64,000 nt of DNA. Source: Candidatus Poribacteria bacterium. Its GTDB lineage: Bacteria > Poribacteria > WGA-4E > WGA-3G. The notes under the pieces were generated by a model, which was not told the origin of the DNA, made no database searches, and worked only from the letters and a program-made list of their open reading frames with translations. The stretch is from assembly GCA_965205025.1 (NCBI GenBank), contig CBDBFU010000026.1:96001-160000 (forward strand), given 5' to 3'. The stretch's first letter is position 1, and each line of letters begins with the position of its first letter. A program made the translations under genes and the position numbers. This document shows, in pieces, positions 41,263 through 51,032 of the stretch.

Positions 41263-42315
41263 ATGTTTATACGGAATATATGTCGAATATTTTCTTGGAA
41301 ACGATTTCGGAGGTATGTCTTATACGGATTTGGATGTTTTGCAATCGTATGTTTTAGTTGTATCCTTATAGGGGGATATTATCTATCCCCACCTTCAACT
41401 TCAGAAGATATTGTCTCAGTTACAATTGTGCCTGGGAGTAATACCACAACAATAGCTAAGCGTCTTGCCTCTGAAAATCTAATTCGTAGTTCCTTTGTTT
41501 TCAAACTGGTAGTTCGTTATCAAGGTATTGACAAACAACTTCGGGCGGGTAAGTATCAACTAAGTCGTGATATGCGACTTACTCAGATCCTTGATGAACT
41601 TCAGAAGGGGCAAATAGAATATCAAACTTTCACGGTTCCAGAAGGTCTTACCGCTACGGCTATTGCTGAACTGTGGGAAAAAACCGGATTAGGAACAGCA
41701 GAAGAATTTCAAAAAGCCATAGAAATACCTAATTTACTGCAGAAGTATATACCAGATAGAGTCTCTGCAGAAGGTTATTTGTTTCCGAATACCTATAAAT
41801 TTACCAAGGGTGCTACGGCTGAAACAGTTGTAAGAATGATGTTATCTGAATCTGATGCTGTTTGGAATGATTCATTGGCAGAAGAGGCAAAGGCATTAGG
41901 TCTTACACGGCATCAAGTTATAACACTTGCATCTATTATTGGCAGAGAGGCAGGATCAAAATCTGAAATTCCTGTTATTTCCAGTGTGTTTCACAATAGA
42001 CTTAAACATAATTGGCGACTACAAGCAGATCCTACAGTGCTTTATGCATTAGGAGATCCAAAACATCCATTGACAAGAGAAGACTTAAAAACTGTTTCTC
42101 CATATAACACATATCTTCATAAAGGGTTACCCCCTGGACCGATTGGTAATCCTGGAAAGGCTTCAATTTTGGGGGCACTTAGACCGGAAAAGACATCTTT
42201 TTACTATTTTGTTGCCACTGGACCAGGAAAACACCATTTTTCAAAGACACTTGAAGAACACAATAGAATGATATACCAGATTAGGCGTAACAGAAACTCA
42301 TCAAGTAAACAATAA
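41263..42315 (+). CDS. mltG: Endolytic transglycosylase MltG
   Basis: EGYLFPNTY, LASII.RE, VFHNRL..LQADPTV.Y, SPYNTY..GLPPGPI.NPG. Confidence 0.95.
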   Translation: MFIRNICRIFSWKRFRRYVLYGFGCFAIVCFSCILIGGYYLSPPSTSEDIVSVTIVPGSNTTTIAKRLASENLIRSSFVFKLVVRYQGIDKQLRAGKYQLSRDMRLTQILDELQKGQIEYQTFTVPEGLTATAIAELWEKTGLGTAEEFQKAIEIPNLLQKYIPDRVSAEGYLFPNTYKFTKGATAETVVRMMLSESDAVWNDSLAEEAKALGLTRHQVITLASIIGREAGSKSEIPVISSVFHNRLKHNWRLQADPTVLYALGDPKHPLTREDLKTVSPYNTYLHKGLPPGPIGNPGKASILGALRPEKTSFYYFVATGPGKHHFSKTLEEHNRMIYQIRRNRNSSSKQ

Positions 42316-42377
42316 AGTATTTATATGGTGCATCAACAATGAATAAACCTACTCATGATCGGAGTTTTTAATCATAC

Positions 42378-43671
42378 ATGGGAAATGTTGAATCTCAACA
42401 AACACTTCAGTCTGAAATTACAATATCTGGAATAGGATTAATGCTTGGAGAACAAGTTGACCTAACAGTAAAAACCTGCTCCAGTTGATTATGGAATTGT
42501 CTTTCAGCGTACAGACCTTTCTGGTACACCCGAAGTGAAAGTAAGTCCAGATAATTGGGTCGATGTTATCCCCAGATGCACAAGTTTGCAACAGGGAGAA
42601 GTGACAATTAGTAGCATTGAACATATCTTGTCTGCTCTCGCAGGATATAGAATTGATAATGCTGTAGTAAAAATGAACGCACAGGAACCTCCAGCTCTTG
42701 ATGGTAGTGCATTACCGTATATCGAGAAATTTCAAGAAGTTGGTTTATCACAGTTAGATTCTCCTCGTAAGTACATTGAAGTATCTGAACCATTTGCTGT
42801 TTGTAATGATAACAAACAGCTTATTTTTATGCCGTCCGATACCTTTGAAGTCACCTTTGCTTATGACCACCCAAATGTATCACCACAGTTTGCAACATGG
42901 GAAATGACTGATGAGAACTATATCAACGAAATTGCACCTGCACGTAGTTTCTGTTTTGAATCTGAAATTGAAGCATTACAGGCTTTAGGAATAGGTAAAG
43001 GAGCAAGTTATGACAACGTAGTGGTAGTAAAAGGGGATGCGGAAACAAGTTCGGATCTTAGGTTTTCTGATGAATTTGTTCGACATAAGACGCTTGATCT
43101 TATAGGTGATCTTTACCTTGCCGGTTACTTGCCAAGAGCGCGGGTCATAGCAATGCGTACAGGACACACATTTCATGCTGAATTTGTGCAAGCTTTGTCA
43201 GAGAAAGGATTTCTTGATTTTAGCAATGATGCTGACCAAATTGTTGAAGCACAGGATATTTATCGAATATTACCACACCGTCATCCGATGTGCCTAATTG
43301 ACAGAGTTATAGAATATGAAAACGGGAAGCGTGCTGTAGGAATTAAGAATCTTACCTATAATGAACCTATCTTTGAAGGACATTTTCCAACGCAACCGGT
43401 TATGCCTGGTGTATTACAAGTAGAAGCACTGGCACAACTTGGGGCATGGTTGCTACTACACGAGATTGGAAAGGAGGATCAACTGGGTTATTTTCGATCC
43501 ATTACAAATGCAACATTTCGTAGAATGGCTATACCAGGGGATCAACTCAGATTAGAGATTGAGATCGTACAAAGACGAAGAAATTTAGCGCGTATATCAG
43601 GGGAAGTGTATGTAGATGATGCTCTTGCTACCGAAGCAGAATTATCTATCGCACTTGCTTCAGAAGATTAG
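42378..43671 (+). CDS. lpxC: Bifunctional LpxC/FabZ; apparent +1 frameshift at A-run 42470-42474
   Basis: ATG 42378 MGNVESQQTLQSEITISGIGL joins ORF 42535 after one A is removed; LpxC IEHILSAL, DGSA, RHKTLDLIGDL, GHTFH; FabZ LPHRHPM, GHFP..PVMPGVLQVEALAQ. Confidence 0.93.
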
Positions 43672-43726
43672 AAGCTTCAAGATTAAATTTTAGTCGTATG
43701 AATTAATTTGAAAGCAGAGGCAACTT

Positions 43727-44557
43727 TTGACATCGAATAAAATTCACCCAACAGCGATTATTTCACCAAAAGCGGAATTAGGAGATGGTGTATCCATCGG
43801 ACCTTATACTATAGTTGAAGACCATGTAGAAATAGGGGCAAATACAGTCGTCGGTCCGCATGTACAGATAGATAAATGGACGATAATTGGTGAAGATTGC
43901 CAAGTTTTCTTTGGTGCTTCTCTCGGTAACCCACCAAAAGACCTAAAGTATAACGGTTGTCGGAGTTTTGTACGGATAGGGGATCGTAATGTACTACGCG
44001 AATACGTCTCAATTTCTCGTGCAACTTTTGAGGATGAAGAAACTGTAATTGGTGATGATAATCTGTTAATGAATTGGGTAAATATCGCACATGATGCAAT
44101 CATTGGAAACAGAACGATTATGGCAAATTTTGCTACGCTTGCAGGTCATGTAACCATTGAGGATGATGTTCGACTTGGGGCTTATGCTGCGCTACACCAA
44201 TTTGTCCGCGTTGGTAAAATGGCGATGGCAGGTGGGTGTTCTAAAATCGTTCAGGACATACCTCCGTTTGCCTTGTCTGCAGGACAACCTGCGCGTGTAC
44301 GCGATCTCAATCGTATAGGTATTAGGACATCCCAGATTAATCCGTTAGCCAAATTATCTTCTGAAACATTTGCACTTCTCAAAAAAGCCTTCCGTATCTT
44401 ATTCCGTTCCGGTTTACCCTTAAAACATGCAGTAACAAGAGTCAGAGAGGAAGTAGAGATAGTTCCCGAGGTAGAATATCTTCTCAATTTTATCGAATCC
44501 TCTAAACGGGGTATCGGTTTCAGCCAACCAAATCGTCCTGTGAAAAGCGATGGGTGA
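43727..44557 (+). CDS. lpxA: Acyl-ACP--UDP-N-acetylglucosamine O-acyltransferase
   Basis: IHPTAII, PKDLKY, IAHD, LAGHV, HQFVRVG, hexapeptide repeats. Confidence 0.96.
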   Translation: MTSNKIHPTAIISPKAELGDGVSIGPYTIVEDHVEIGANTVVGPHVQIDKWTIIGEDCQVFFGASLGNPPKDLKYNGCRSFVRIGDRNVLREYVSISRATFEDEETVIGDDNLLMNWVNIAHDAIIGNRTIMANFATLAGHVTIEDDVRLGAYAALHQFVRVGKMAMAGGCSKIVQDIPPFALSAGQPARVRDLNRIGIRTSQINPLAKLSSETFALLKKAFRILFRSGLPLKHAVTRVREEVEIVPEVEYLLNFIESSKRGIGFSQPNRPVKSDG

Positions 44558-44586
44558 TTTGCTGCCCATATACACAGGAGAAAATC

Positions 44587-45450
44587 ATGGATACCATTCA
44601 CGACTATACACTCAAACAAAAAAAATATATGCCAGTCTTTCCAAAGGCAAGTGGTAAACCGACTCCCTATATTGAAGGTTATCCGTGTGAGGACGACGAA
44701 CCGATGGCTGAAACCGATTTTCACGCTGAACAGATTATTACGTTATCTGACCAACTCAAGCGATACTTTGCAATCAACGAGCTGGTTCACATTGCTGTTG
44801 ACAGTTTTATCTATTATAGCGAAGGCGACATAACAAAATGTGTTGCCCCTGATATCTACATCGTGTTCGGTGTTGATAAATACCCGTTGCGCCGCAGTTT
44901 CTATACGTGGGCGGAGGGTGCAGCACCTGTTGCTGTATTTGAGTTTCTCTCTGATTCAACAGCACATCGGGATCGAGATAAAAAAGTTGGGTTATATCTA
45001 AATGATATAGGTGTTCAAGAATACTTTATCCATCAACCGGAACTGAAGAAACCTGCAGAGTTTCGCGGGTGGAAGCGAAGTCCATCGGGTGACATCGTTG
45101 AGATTGAGCCGGATGCGGAAGGTGGCTTGTTCAGTGAAGCGTTAAATCTCTGGTTTCGGTGGAAGGACGATCACACAACGGACGTAAGGCTTTTGCGTCC
45201 CTATCTACCTGACGGCACCCCGATAACAACATCTATGGAAGAAGCACGCCTTCGAGAACAGGAAAAACACCTACGAGAGCAGGAAAAACATCTCCGAGAG
45301 GAAGCCGAAGCAATGGCTGCAGCAGAAACTGAACGCAGACAGGAAGCGGAAATTATCGCAGCAAGAGAAGCAGAACGTAGGCGCGAAATGGAAATTGAGT
45401 TAGAAAAACTTCGTACTCAACTTGCAGACAGACAAAACGAAACATCATAA
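44587..45450 (+). CDS. Uma2-family (PD-(D/E)XK-like) endonuclease, copy 1
   Basis: EPMAE..FH, VAPDIY, FEFLSDST...D...K..LY...GVQEYF; coiled-coil tail with REQEKHL repeats. Confidence 0.88.
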   Translation: MDTIHDYTLKQKKYMPVFPKASGKPTPYIEGYPCEDDEPMAETDFHAEQIITLSDQLKRYFAINELVHIAVDSFIYYSEGDITKCVAPDIYIVFGVDKYPLRRSFYTWAEGAAPVAVFEFLSDSTAHRDRDKKVGLYLNDIGVQEYFIHQPELKKPAEFRGWKRSPSGDIVEIEPDAEGGLFSEALNLWFRWKDDHTTDVRLLRPYLPDGTPITTSMEEARLREQEKHLREQEKHLREEAEAMAAAETERRQEAEIIAAREAERRREMEIELEKLRTQLADRQNETS

Positions 45451-45561
45451 GAGAGAAAATTCCCAGCATACCAGTAGTTGAATATAATCCACTTTATAGA
45501 TATTTTCAAACGTTGTATCAGTTTTAGCCATCCGAATCGTCCTGTGAAAAGCGATGGGTGA
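45451..45561 (+). repeat. Decayed copy of the lpxA 3' end
   Basis: ..GTATCAGTTTTAGCCATCCGAATCGTCCTGTGAAAAGCGATGGGTGA matches the lpxA end ..GTATCGGTTTCAGCCAACCAAATCGTCCTGTGAAAAGCGATGGGTGA. Confidence 0.85.
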
Positions 45562-45600
45562 TTTACTACCTATATACATAGGTATACACAGGAGAAAATC

Positions 45601-46422
45601 ATGGATACCATTCACGACTTTGTACTCAAACAAAAAAAATATATGCCAGTCTTTCCAAAGGCAAGTGGAAAACAGACTACCTATATTGAAGGTTATCCGT
45701 ATGAGGACGATGAACCGATGGCAGCAACTGGATTTCATGGTATACAGATTACTACCTTTTATGACCAACTCTCACGATATTTTTCTATCAATGAACAGAT
45801 ATACATCGGCGTTGACAGTTTTATTTACTATTCTGAAGGTGACATCACAAAGTCTGTTGCTCCTGATATCTACGTTGTTTTCGGGGTTGCTAAAACCCCC
45901 GAACGCCGCAGTTTCTATACGTGGGCAGAAGGAACAGCACCTGTTGCTGTATTTGAGTTTCTCTCTGATTCAACAGCACATCGGGATCGAGATAAGAAAG
46001 TTGAATTGTATCTAAATGATATAGGTATTCAAGAATACTTTGTCCATCAACCGGAACTAAAGAAGTCTGCAGAGTTTCGCGGATGGCAGCGAAGTCCTTC
46101 TGGTAACATTATTGAGATTAAGCCGGATGCGGAAGGTGGCTTGTTCAGTGAAGCGTTAAATCTATGGTTTCGGTGGAAGGATGATCACACAACGGACGTA
46201 AGGCTTTTGCGTCCCTATCTACCTGACGGCACCCCGATAACAACATCTATGGAAGAAGCACGCCTCCGAGAGCAAGAAAAACACCTACGACAGCAGGAAA
46301 AACACCTACGAGAGGAAGCCGAAGCGATGGCAGAAGCTGAAGCAGAACGCAGGCGCGAACTGGAAATTGAAATAGAACGACTTCGTACTCAACTCGCTAA
46401 CGAACAAAACGAAACACCTTAA
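45601..46422 (+). CDS. Uma2-family endonuclease, copy 2
   Basis: Tandem paralog of 44587..45450 with the same motifs. Confidence 0.88.
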   Translation: MDTIHDFVLKQKKYMPVFPKASGKQTTYIEGYPYEDDEPMAATGFHGIQITTFYDQLSRYFSINEQIYIGVDSFIYYSEGDITKSVAPDIYVVFGVAKTPERRSFYTWAEGTAPVAVFEFLSDSTAHRDRDKKVELYLNDIGIQEYFVHQPELKKSAEFRGWQRSPSGNIIEIKPDAEGGLFSEALNLWFRWKDDHTTDVRLLRPYLPDGTPITTSMEEARLREQEKHLRQQEKHLREEAEAMAEAEAERRRELEIEIERLRTQLANEQNETP

Positions 46423-46535
46423 GAGAGAAAATTTTTAGCATACCCAAAAGTTGAAAATCTATTCCAGTTTATATAAGTCTTCAAATACTGTATCAGTTTT
46501 AGCCAACTGAATTGTTCTGTGAAAGACGTTGGGAA
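46423..46535 (+). repeat. Third, more decayed lpxA-tail copy
   Basis: GAGAGAAAATT..AGCATACC..GTATCAGTTTTAGCCAACTGAATTGTTCTGTGAAAG aligns with 45451..45561. Confidence 0.75.
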
Positions 46536-46629
46536 ATTATAACATTTAGATAGGATAGTTATTATAAAATATAGAAAGCTGTAGATACTCACTGGTAATT
46601 GCACCGATCAGCAGAATGTCTTTAATTGG

Positions 46630-46686
46630 TGGATTGTTGAACATAATTCAGACATACCAAGATTGACAACTACCTATCCATTGTAA
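46630..46686 (+). pseudogene. 3' remnant of a DUF6883-like gene
   Basis: WIVEHNSDIPRLTTTYPL* directly upstream of DUF4926; no intact 5' part. Confidence 0.5.
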
Positions 46687-46704
46687 ATTCCGGAGGAATC
46701 AACT

Positions 46705-47010
46705 GTGAAAACCAATTATTCTAATAATGCAGATCTAAGAAACTTGCCTGATTACCAACCAAGGCAAACAGATGTTAATCGAATTGAACTATTTGATATT
46801 GTTGCACTCACACACGACTTGCCAGAACATAATCTATGGCGAGGTCAAGTCGGAACGGTAGTTGAAATACTTTCAAACGGCGACGCGTTTGAAGTTGAAT
46901 TTAGTGACCGAGATGGGCGCACCTACGAATCTCTTGGATTTCGACCTTCACAACTTATGGTACTTCATTACGAACCAATGCAGCAACCTCCAGCAGCTAC
47001 CAGTGAATAA
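46705..47010 (+). CDS. DUF4926 family protein
   Basis: IELFDIVALTHDLPEHNLWRGQVGTVVEIL...FEVEFSDRDGRTY; GGAGG RBS. Confidence 0.85.
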   Translation: MKTNYSNNADLRNLPDYQPRQTDVNRIELFDIVALTHDLPEHNLWRGQVGTVVEILSNGDAFEVEFSDRDGRTYESLGFRPSQLMVLHYEPMQQPPAATSE

Positions 47011-47240
47011 ACACAGAATGATGCGACGATGCACACTTAATGCTACGCATGAAAGTACACTTAAGGAGTATATCTATAAATATACCACAAAATATCTTAT
47101 CTGGATTATTCCTATAATAATCCTTATCACAAGCGGTTGTTTTTCTTGTCCAATGGGTACCGAGCACAAACTAAGCATGTAAATTTGGTTCAATTAGGGC
47201 ACTGATAGGTAACATAGAAAATAATAGATAATAGGAAGTT

Positions 47241-47340
47241 GAAATTATCGCAGCAATAGAAGCAGAACATAAGCGCGAACTGGAAAGTGAGTTAGAACAA
47301 TCTCATACACAACTTACAGACAGGCAAAACGAAACACCTT
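47241..47340 (+). pseudogene. 3' remnant of a third Uma2 copy
   Basis: GAAATTATCGCAGCAATAGAAGCAGAAC...ACAGACAGGCAAAACGAAACACCTT aligns with the last ~100 nt of both Uma2 genes. Confidence 0.8.
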
Positions 47341-47405
47341 CCGTATGAATGTTACCACTTTCGTCGGTGGTAAGGAAGGATAGCATAAAATAAGATAATT
47401 CCATA

Positions 47406-47948
47406 ATGAGCCGATCCATAGCAATGACAGGATGTTTTTGTCCCAATTGTAAAGAATATGTTTTTTATAAAATGCGAAATGGTGATGATGTCTTATTTGA
47501 CAACTTGAGCACCACACGCTTTATACGTCACATTTGTGGGAACGAAACAACTCTCCAGATGCAAGCGACTCAAATAATACCAACAGAAGGAGAACCTACA
47601 TGTGCAGCTGATTACAATAATCGCGGGATGTGGCAAGCAGAACGGGAATATTACGATATTGCTATTAGTGAATACAATATTGCGATCCGCCTTTCTCCTA
47701 ATGATGCGACTCTCTATAATAATCGGGGTCGGGCAAAGGCAGCACTTTGTCGTCAGTATCCTGAGAGACCACTAGCTTACTACTATCGTGGAAAGGCGAA
47801 AATTGAACTTGAGCAAATAGATGCAGCAAAAGAGGATTTATATACTGCATTGAAATTCGTATCGAATGTGGGTGATGATGTTAAACTCAAAAACAAAATT
47901 GAAATCAAAATTAAAAACGCCCTGCGCCTTATTAACACGCGAAATTAA
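47406..47948 (+). CDS. Zinc-ribbon plus TPR protein
   Basis: CPNC...HIC; YNNRG...AI..Y..AIRLSP.DA..YNNRG and AYYYRG repeats. Confidence 0.75.
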   Translation: MSRSIAMTGCFCPNCKEYVFYKMRNGDDVLFDNLSTTRFIRHICGNETTLQMQATQIIPTEGEPTCAADYNNRGMWQAEREYYDIAISEYNIAIRLSPNDATLYNNRGRAKAALCRQYPERPLAYYYRGKAKIELEQIDAAKEDLYTALKFVSNVGDDVKLKNKIEIKIKNALRLINTRN

Positions 47949-48046
47949 AGACTTACGGACAGTAGTAGGGATACCCTTACGTGCCGAAAACTTTGTCATC
48001 GTATTTAACACTGTTATTAAATTCGACATGATGCGGACACAGACCT

Positions 48047-48089
48047 TTAGCTGAAAAGAAAACGCGATTATTTTAGTAGGAAAACATAG
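48047..48089 (+). pseudogene. 3' remnant of a RelE/Gp49-like toxin gene
   Basis: (LAE)[11 protein letters not shown] whose TAG overlaps the GTG start of the HTH gene; upstream part absent. Confidence 0.4.
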
Positions 48090-48364
48090 TGAGCGATTTA
48101 AAATGGTATGTAGAAAAACGTAAAATGAGGGATCCTGAATTTGCAGAAAATTATGAAAAAGGGTACTTAGAATTCAAACTTGGTGTCCTTCTCCGCCAAG
48201 CTCGGGAAGAGGCAGGATTAACACAAGAAGATATGGCACTAAAGTTGAATACCAAAAAATCTGCTATCTCAAAAATAGAAAACCATGCAGAGAATGTTAC
48301 GCTTTCAACTTTAAGAGAATATGCGGAAGTTGTCGGCAAGAAGATACATCTTTCGGTAGGATAA
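48089..48364 (+). CDS. XRE/HigA-type HTH antitoxin-like protein
   Basis: DPEFAENY...[32 protein letters not shown]. Confidence 0.88.
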   Translation: MSDLKWYVEKRKMRDPEFAENYEKGYLEFKLGVLLRQAREEAGLTQEDMALKLNTKKSAISKIENHAENVTLSTLREYAEVVGKKIHLSVG

Positions 48365-48405
48365 TTAAGGATCAATTTGAACTGGACAAAGCAGGAGTAC
48401 CAAAT

Positions 48406-49317
48406 ATGAACGGAGAATGTCTTAATCACCTAATAACAGAAGATGAAAGGGATCATTTTGAAAAACAAGGATACCTTTATATCCCAAATGCTCTTTCATC
48501 TGAGTTGAGAGAACGTCTATTAAATGCTGTGGATAAACTCTATGATGATGCACTTGCTACTGGTAGAGCCAATCCACAGAATCAATGGGGATACTCGAAT
48601 TTTATTGGAAAAGATGACGCGTTTTTAGATCTTGTTGATCATCCAACAACATTACCGAAAGTGTGGGGGATACTGGGTTGGAATATCTATCTCTATCATG
48701 CACATCTACATGTCAAACCTCCTGCCCCAGAAGATGCACAAGTGGGTGATGGATGGTTGGAATGGCATCAAGACAGTGGCCGTGTGAATATTGAAATGGA
48801 AACACACCCACGTCCACGCCTATCTATGAAGGTCGCATATTTCCTTACGGATGTTTCTGAACCGGGACGCGGTAATTTCTATATCCGTCCGGGTAGCCAC
48901 TATTCAGATGTACCTATACCAGAATCAGAAATCAGCCGTGACCCACGCGAAAAAACTTCTTCAGATATACCTGATGACGCTATACCCGTGTGTGTAGAAC
49001 CTGGAACTGCTGTTCTGTTTGATAGAAGGCTCTGGCATTCCCGCAGTCCAAATACTTCAGATATTACCCGAAAGGCATTATTCTACGGATATGGATATAG
49101 ATGGATTCGTCCCAAAGATGATATGGTAGTTGAACATTTGTATGAACGAAGTGATCCAATTCGGAGACAATTACTCGGGGATGCTGTGAAGAACAATGGA
49201 CGATATGTTCCTTCAGATGACGATGTACCATTGCGTGGATGGTTGATTGAACAGTTTGGTGAGAATTCAGTGTATTCGCAAGCACCCCTCGGTGGTTCGT
49301 CTAACCTTCAGGTATAA
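48406..49317 (+). CDS. Phytanoyl-CoA dioxygenase family (PhyH) protein
   Basis: F..QGYL, WHQD, PGSH, FDRRLWH, TRK (HxD...H facial triad). Confidence 0.92.
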   Translation: MNGECLNHLITEDERDHFEKQGYLYIPNALSSELRERLLNAVDKLYDDALATGRANPQNQWGYSNFIGKDDAFLDLVDHPTTLPKVWGILGWNIYLYHAHLHVKPPAPEDAQVGDGWLEWHQDSGRVNIEMETHPRPRLSMKVAYFLTDVSEPGRGNFYIRPGSHYSDVPIPESEISRDPREKTSSDIPDDAIPVCVEPGTAVLFDRRLWHSRSPNTSDITRKALFYGYGYRWIRPKDDMVVEHLYERSDPIRRQLLGDAVKNNGRYVPSDDDVPLRGWLIEQFGENSVYSQAPLGGSSNLQV

Positions 49318-50350
49318 GACAGACTTTTCCAAAATTCCTTCGCGATTCAAGTAATTGGTGTGCTTCTGCAGCTTGCTTTAAGGGAAGTGTTGAATCAATG
49401 ATGGGAACCAATTTCTGTTGCTCAGCAAGGCGGACAAGTGTTCGGAGTTCGGAGGGTGTTCCTAATGCTGATCCCATAAGTGTGAGTTGTTTCTGATACA
49501 TTTTACGGATGTTGATTTCTCCGATATTCCCTGTTGTTACGCCACATGACACAAGCCTTCCATTTTTTGCAAGACTGCTGATACTTTTTTCCCATGTAGC
49601 AGCACCGACATGCTCTAACACAACATCCACTCCACGACCATTTGTCTCCTCAAGTATCACTTCAGAGAAGTCCACATCTTTGTAGTTAATGGTAACATCG
49701 GCACCATGTTGTTTTGCACGCTCTAATTTCTCATCCGTACTTGCAGTAGCGAAGATTCGGGCACCAACGAGTTTTGCTATCTGTAGACCAGCACTACCAA
49801 CACTACCCCCAGAACCGAGTATCAATATATCATCACCAGCACTTAATTGTGCTCGTGTAATGAGCATATGCCATGCCGTTAGATAAGCAATCGGTAATGC
49901 TGATGCTTCAGTAAAAGATAACGTATCTGCTATTGGAATAGCGTTTTTAGTAGGTGCTTTGACATACTCTGCATACCCACCGTTGGTTTGAAACCCTAAT
50001 AATTCTTGGGTATCACACAAGTTTTCATATCCACCTAAACAATCAGAACATATACCGCATGGAATACATGGAGCGAGTAGAATACGATCTCCGATTTCGA
50101 GATGAGGATGGGTGCCAGAAATATCAGCAATTTCACCTGCAATGTCAGAACCGAGGATATGCGGTGTACCTGTCTCTTCAAGTTTCCGCTTTATCTCTGG
50201 TCTGTTGCGTCGCGCGTGGATATCAAGATAGTTAACAGAACATGCTTTAACTTTGATGAGGATTTCATCAGGACCAATGACAGGATCATCAATTTCTTGA
50301 TACTGTAAAACGTCAATTTCACCCTGTTCTGTAAAAGCAATTGCTTTCAT
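49301..50350 (-). CDS. Zinc-binding alcohol dehydrogenase / quinone oxidoreductase
   Basis: Start MKAIAF; CGICSDC..C structural Zn site; GGYAEY; GSGGSVG; GVDVVLEHVG. Confidence 0.92.
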   Translation of the reverse strand: MKAIAFTEQGEIDVLQYQEIDDPVIGPDEILIKVKACSVNYLDIHARRNRPEIKRKLEETGTPHILGSDIAGEIADISGTHPHLEIGDRILLAPCIPCGICSDCLGGYENLCDTQELLGFQTNGGYAEYVKAPTKNAIPIADTLSFTEASALPIAYLTAWHMLITRAQLSAGDDILILGSGGSVGSAGLQIAKLVGARIFATASTDEKLERAKQHGADVTINYKDVDFSEVILEETNGRGVDVVLEHVGAATWEKSISSLAKNGRLVSCGVTTGNIGEINIRKMYQKQLTLMGSALGTPSELRTLVRLAEQQKLVPIIDSTLPLKQAAEAHQLLESRRNFGKVCLIPEG

Positions 50351-50354
50351 TGCA

Positions 50355-51032
50355 TTATTGTTCCGATGAATCAGAATAGGTACGCCAGATTGAATCTGCC
50401 AGACGACTTCCCGCGCCAACTAACCGGGCTAAAACGCCAATCTGATCTCGACAAGTCACACTGTCAGTTGGTTCGGGATAATTAAGCAAGTGAGCGATTT
50501 CCCCCCAAATTTCCTCAAAAAGAGTTCTGACTTGTATCTCACAAGAAACAGGCGAATCTTCTCTGGGCTTAATCACGTAGTGAATGCTGGTGTATAAACT
50601 TTCTCTTACCTCAACACTTAGTCCATGAGCAGCAAAGAAATCTTGTGATTCTGGGTCCCAGGTAAAGGCTTTAGGTCGTTCATAAAGCACCCAATCTTGA
50701 CTGTCCAATTTTTCATTTATTGCAGTGTGAATCTGTGTGAATTGCGTTTGAAATAGATGAAGCACTCGAGCTCCAGCGATGTCGGTTATCCGATCAAAGA
50801 TATTCTCTGGTGTGATTGGGTCTTCAGTTGACGACTTACGGTGGACTTTTTCACGGAGAGGTTGCAAGTCTTTCATCCGACTTTTGACTGAATGAACGAT
50901 TGGGGGCGATTGGGTTAGGTTTGGATGTGTTTCAAAGAAGCGAACTGTATTCTCACGAAAGAGATTTATACTGTGAAGTTCACTTTGAACTCGTTCTATA
51001 ATAGCCTCCATACTTGCCTCATCAACCATCAT
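50355..51032 (-). CDS. Stand-alone RelA/SpoT-type synthetase domain (small alarmone synthetase-like)
   Basis: SRMKD...EKVHRK, ITDIAGARVL, YTSIHY, CEIQVRTLFEEIWGEIAH; no HD hydrolase domain. Confidence 0.88.
   Translation of the reverse strand: MMVDEASMEAIIERVQSELHSINLFRENTVRFFETHPNLTQSPPIVHSVKSRMKDLQPLREKVHRKSSTEDPITPENIFDRITDIAGARVLHLFQTQFTQIHTAINEKLDSQDWVLYERPKAFTWDPESQDFFAAHGLSVEVRESLYTSIHYVIKPREDSPVSCEIQVRTLFEEIWGEIAHLLNYPEPTDSVTCRDQIGVLARLVGAGSRLADSIWRTYSDSSEQ

Noticed and set aside
32778-43671. Pseudogenes or programmed frameshifting in E2, Gfo/Idh/MocA, permease, PspA-like and lpxC genes
   Set aside because: Single-base indels of both signs with no other decay and no shared slippery signal; sequencing error is more parsimonious.
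39616-46422. Restriction-modification system formed by the MTase and the Uma2 nucleases
   Set aside because: Separated by four housekeeping genes and on opposite strands; nothing links them.
44587-48364. Integron cassette array
   Set aside because: No integrase and no attC-like GTTRRRY/RYYYAAC-bounded hairpins recognised; the spacers derive from the lpxA tail.
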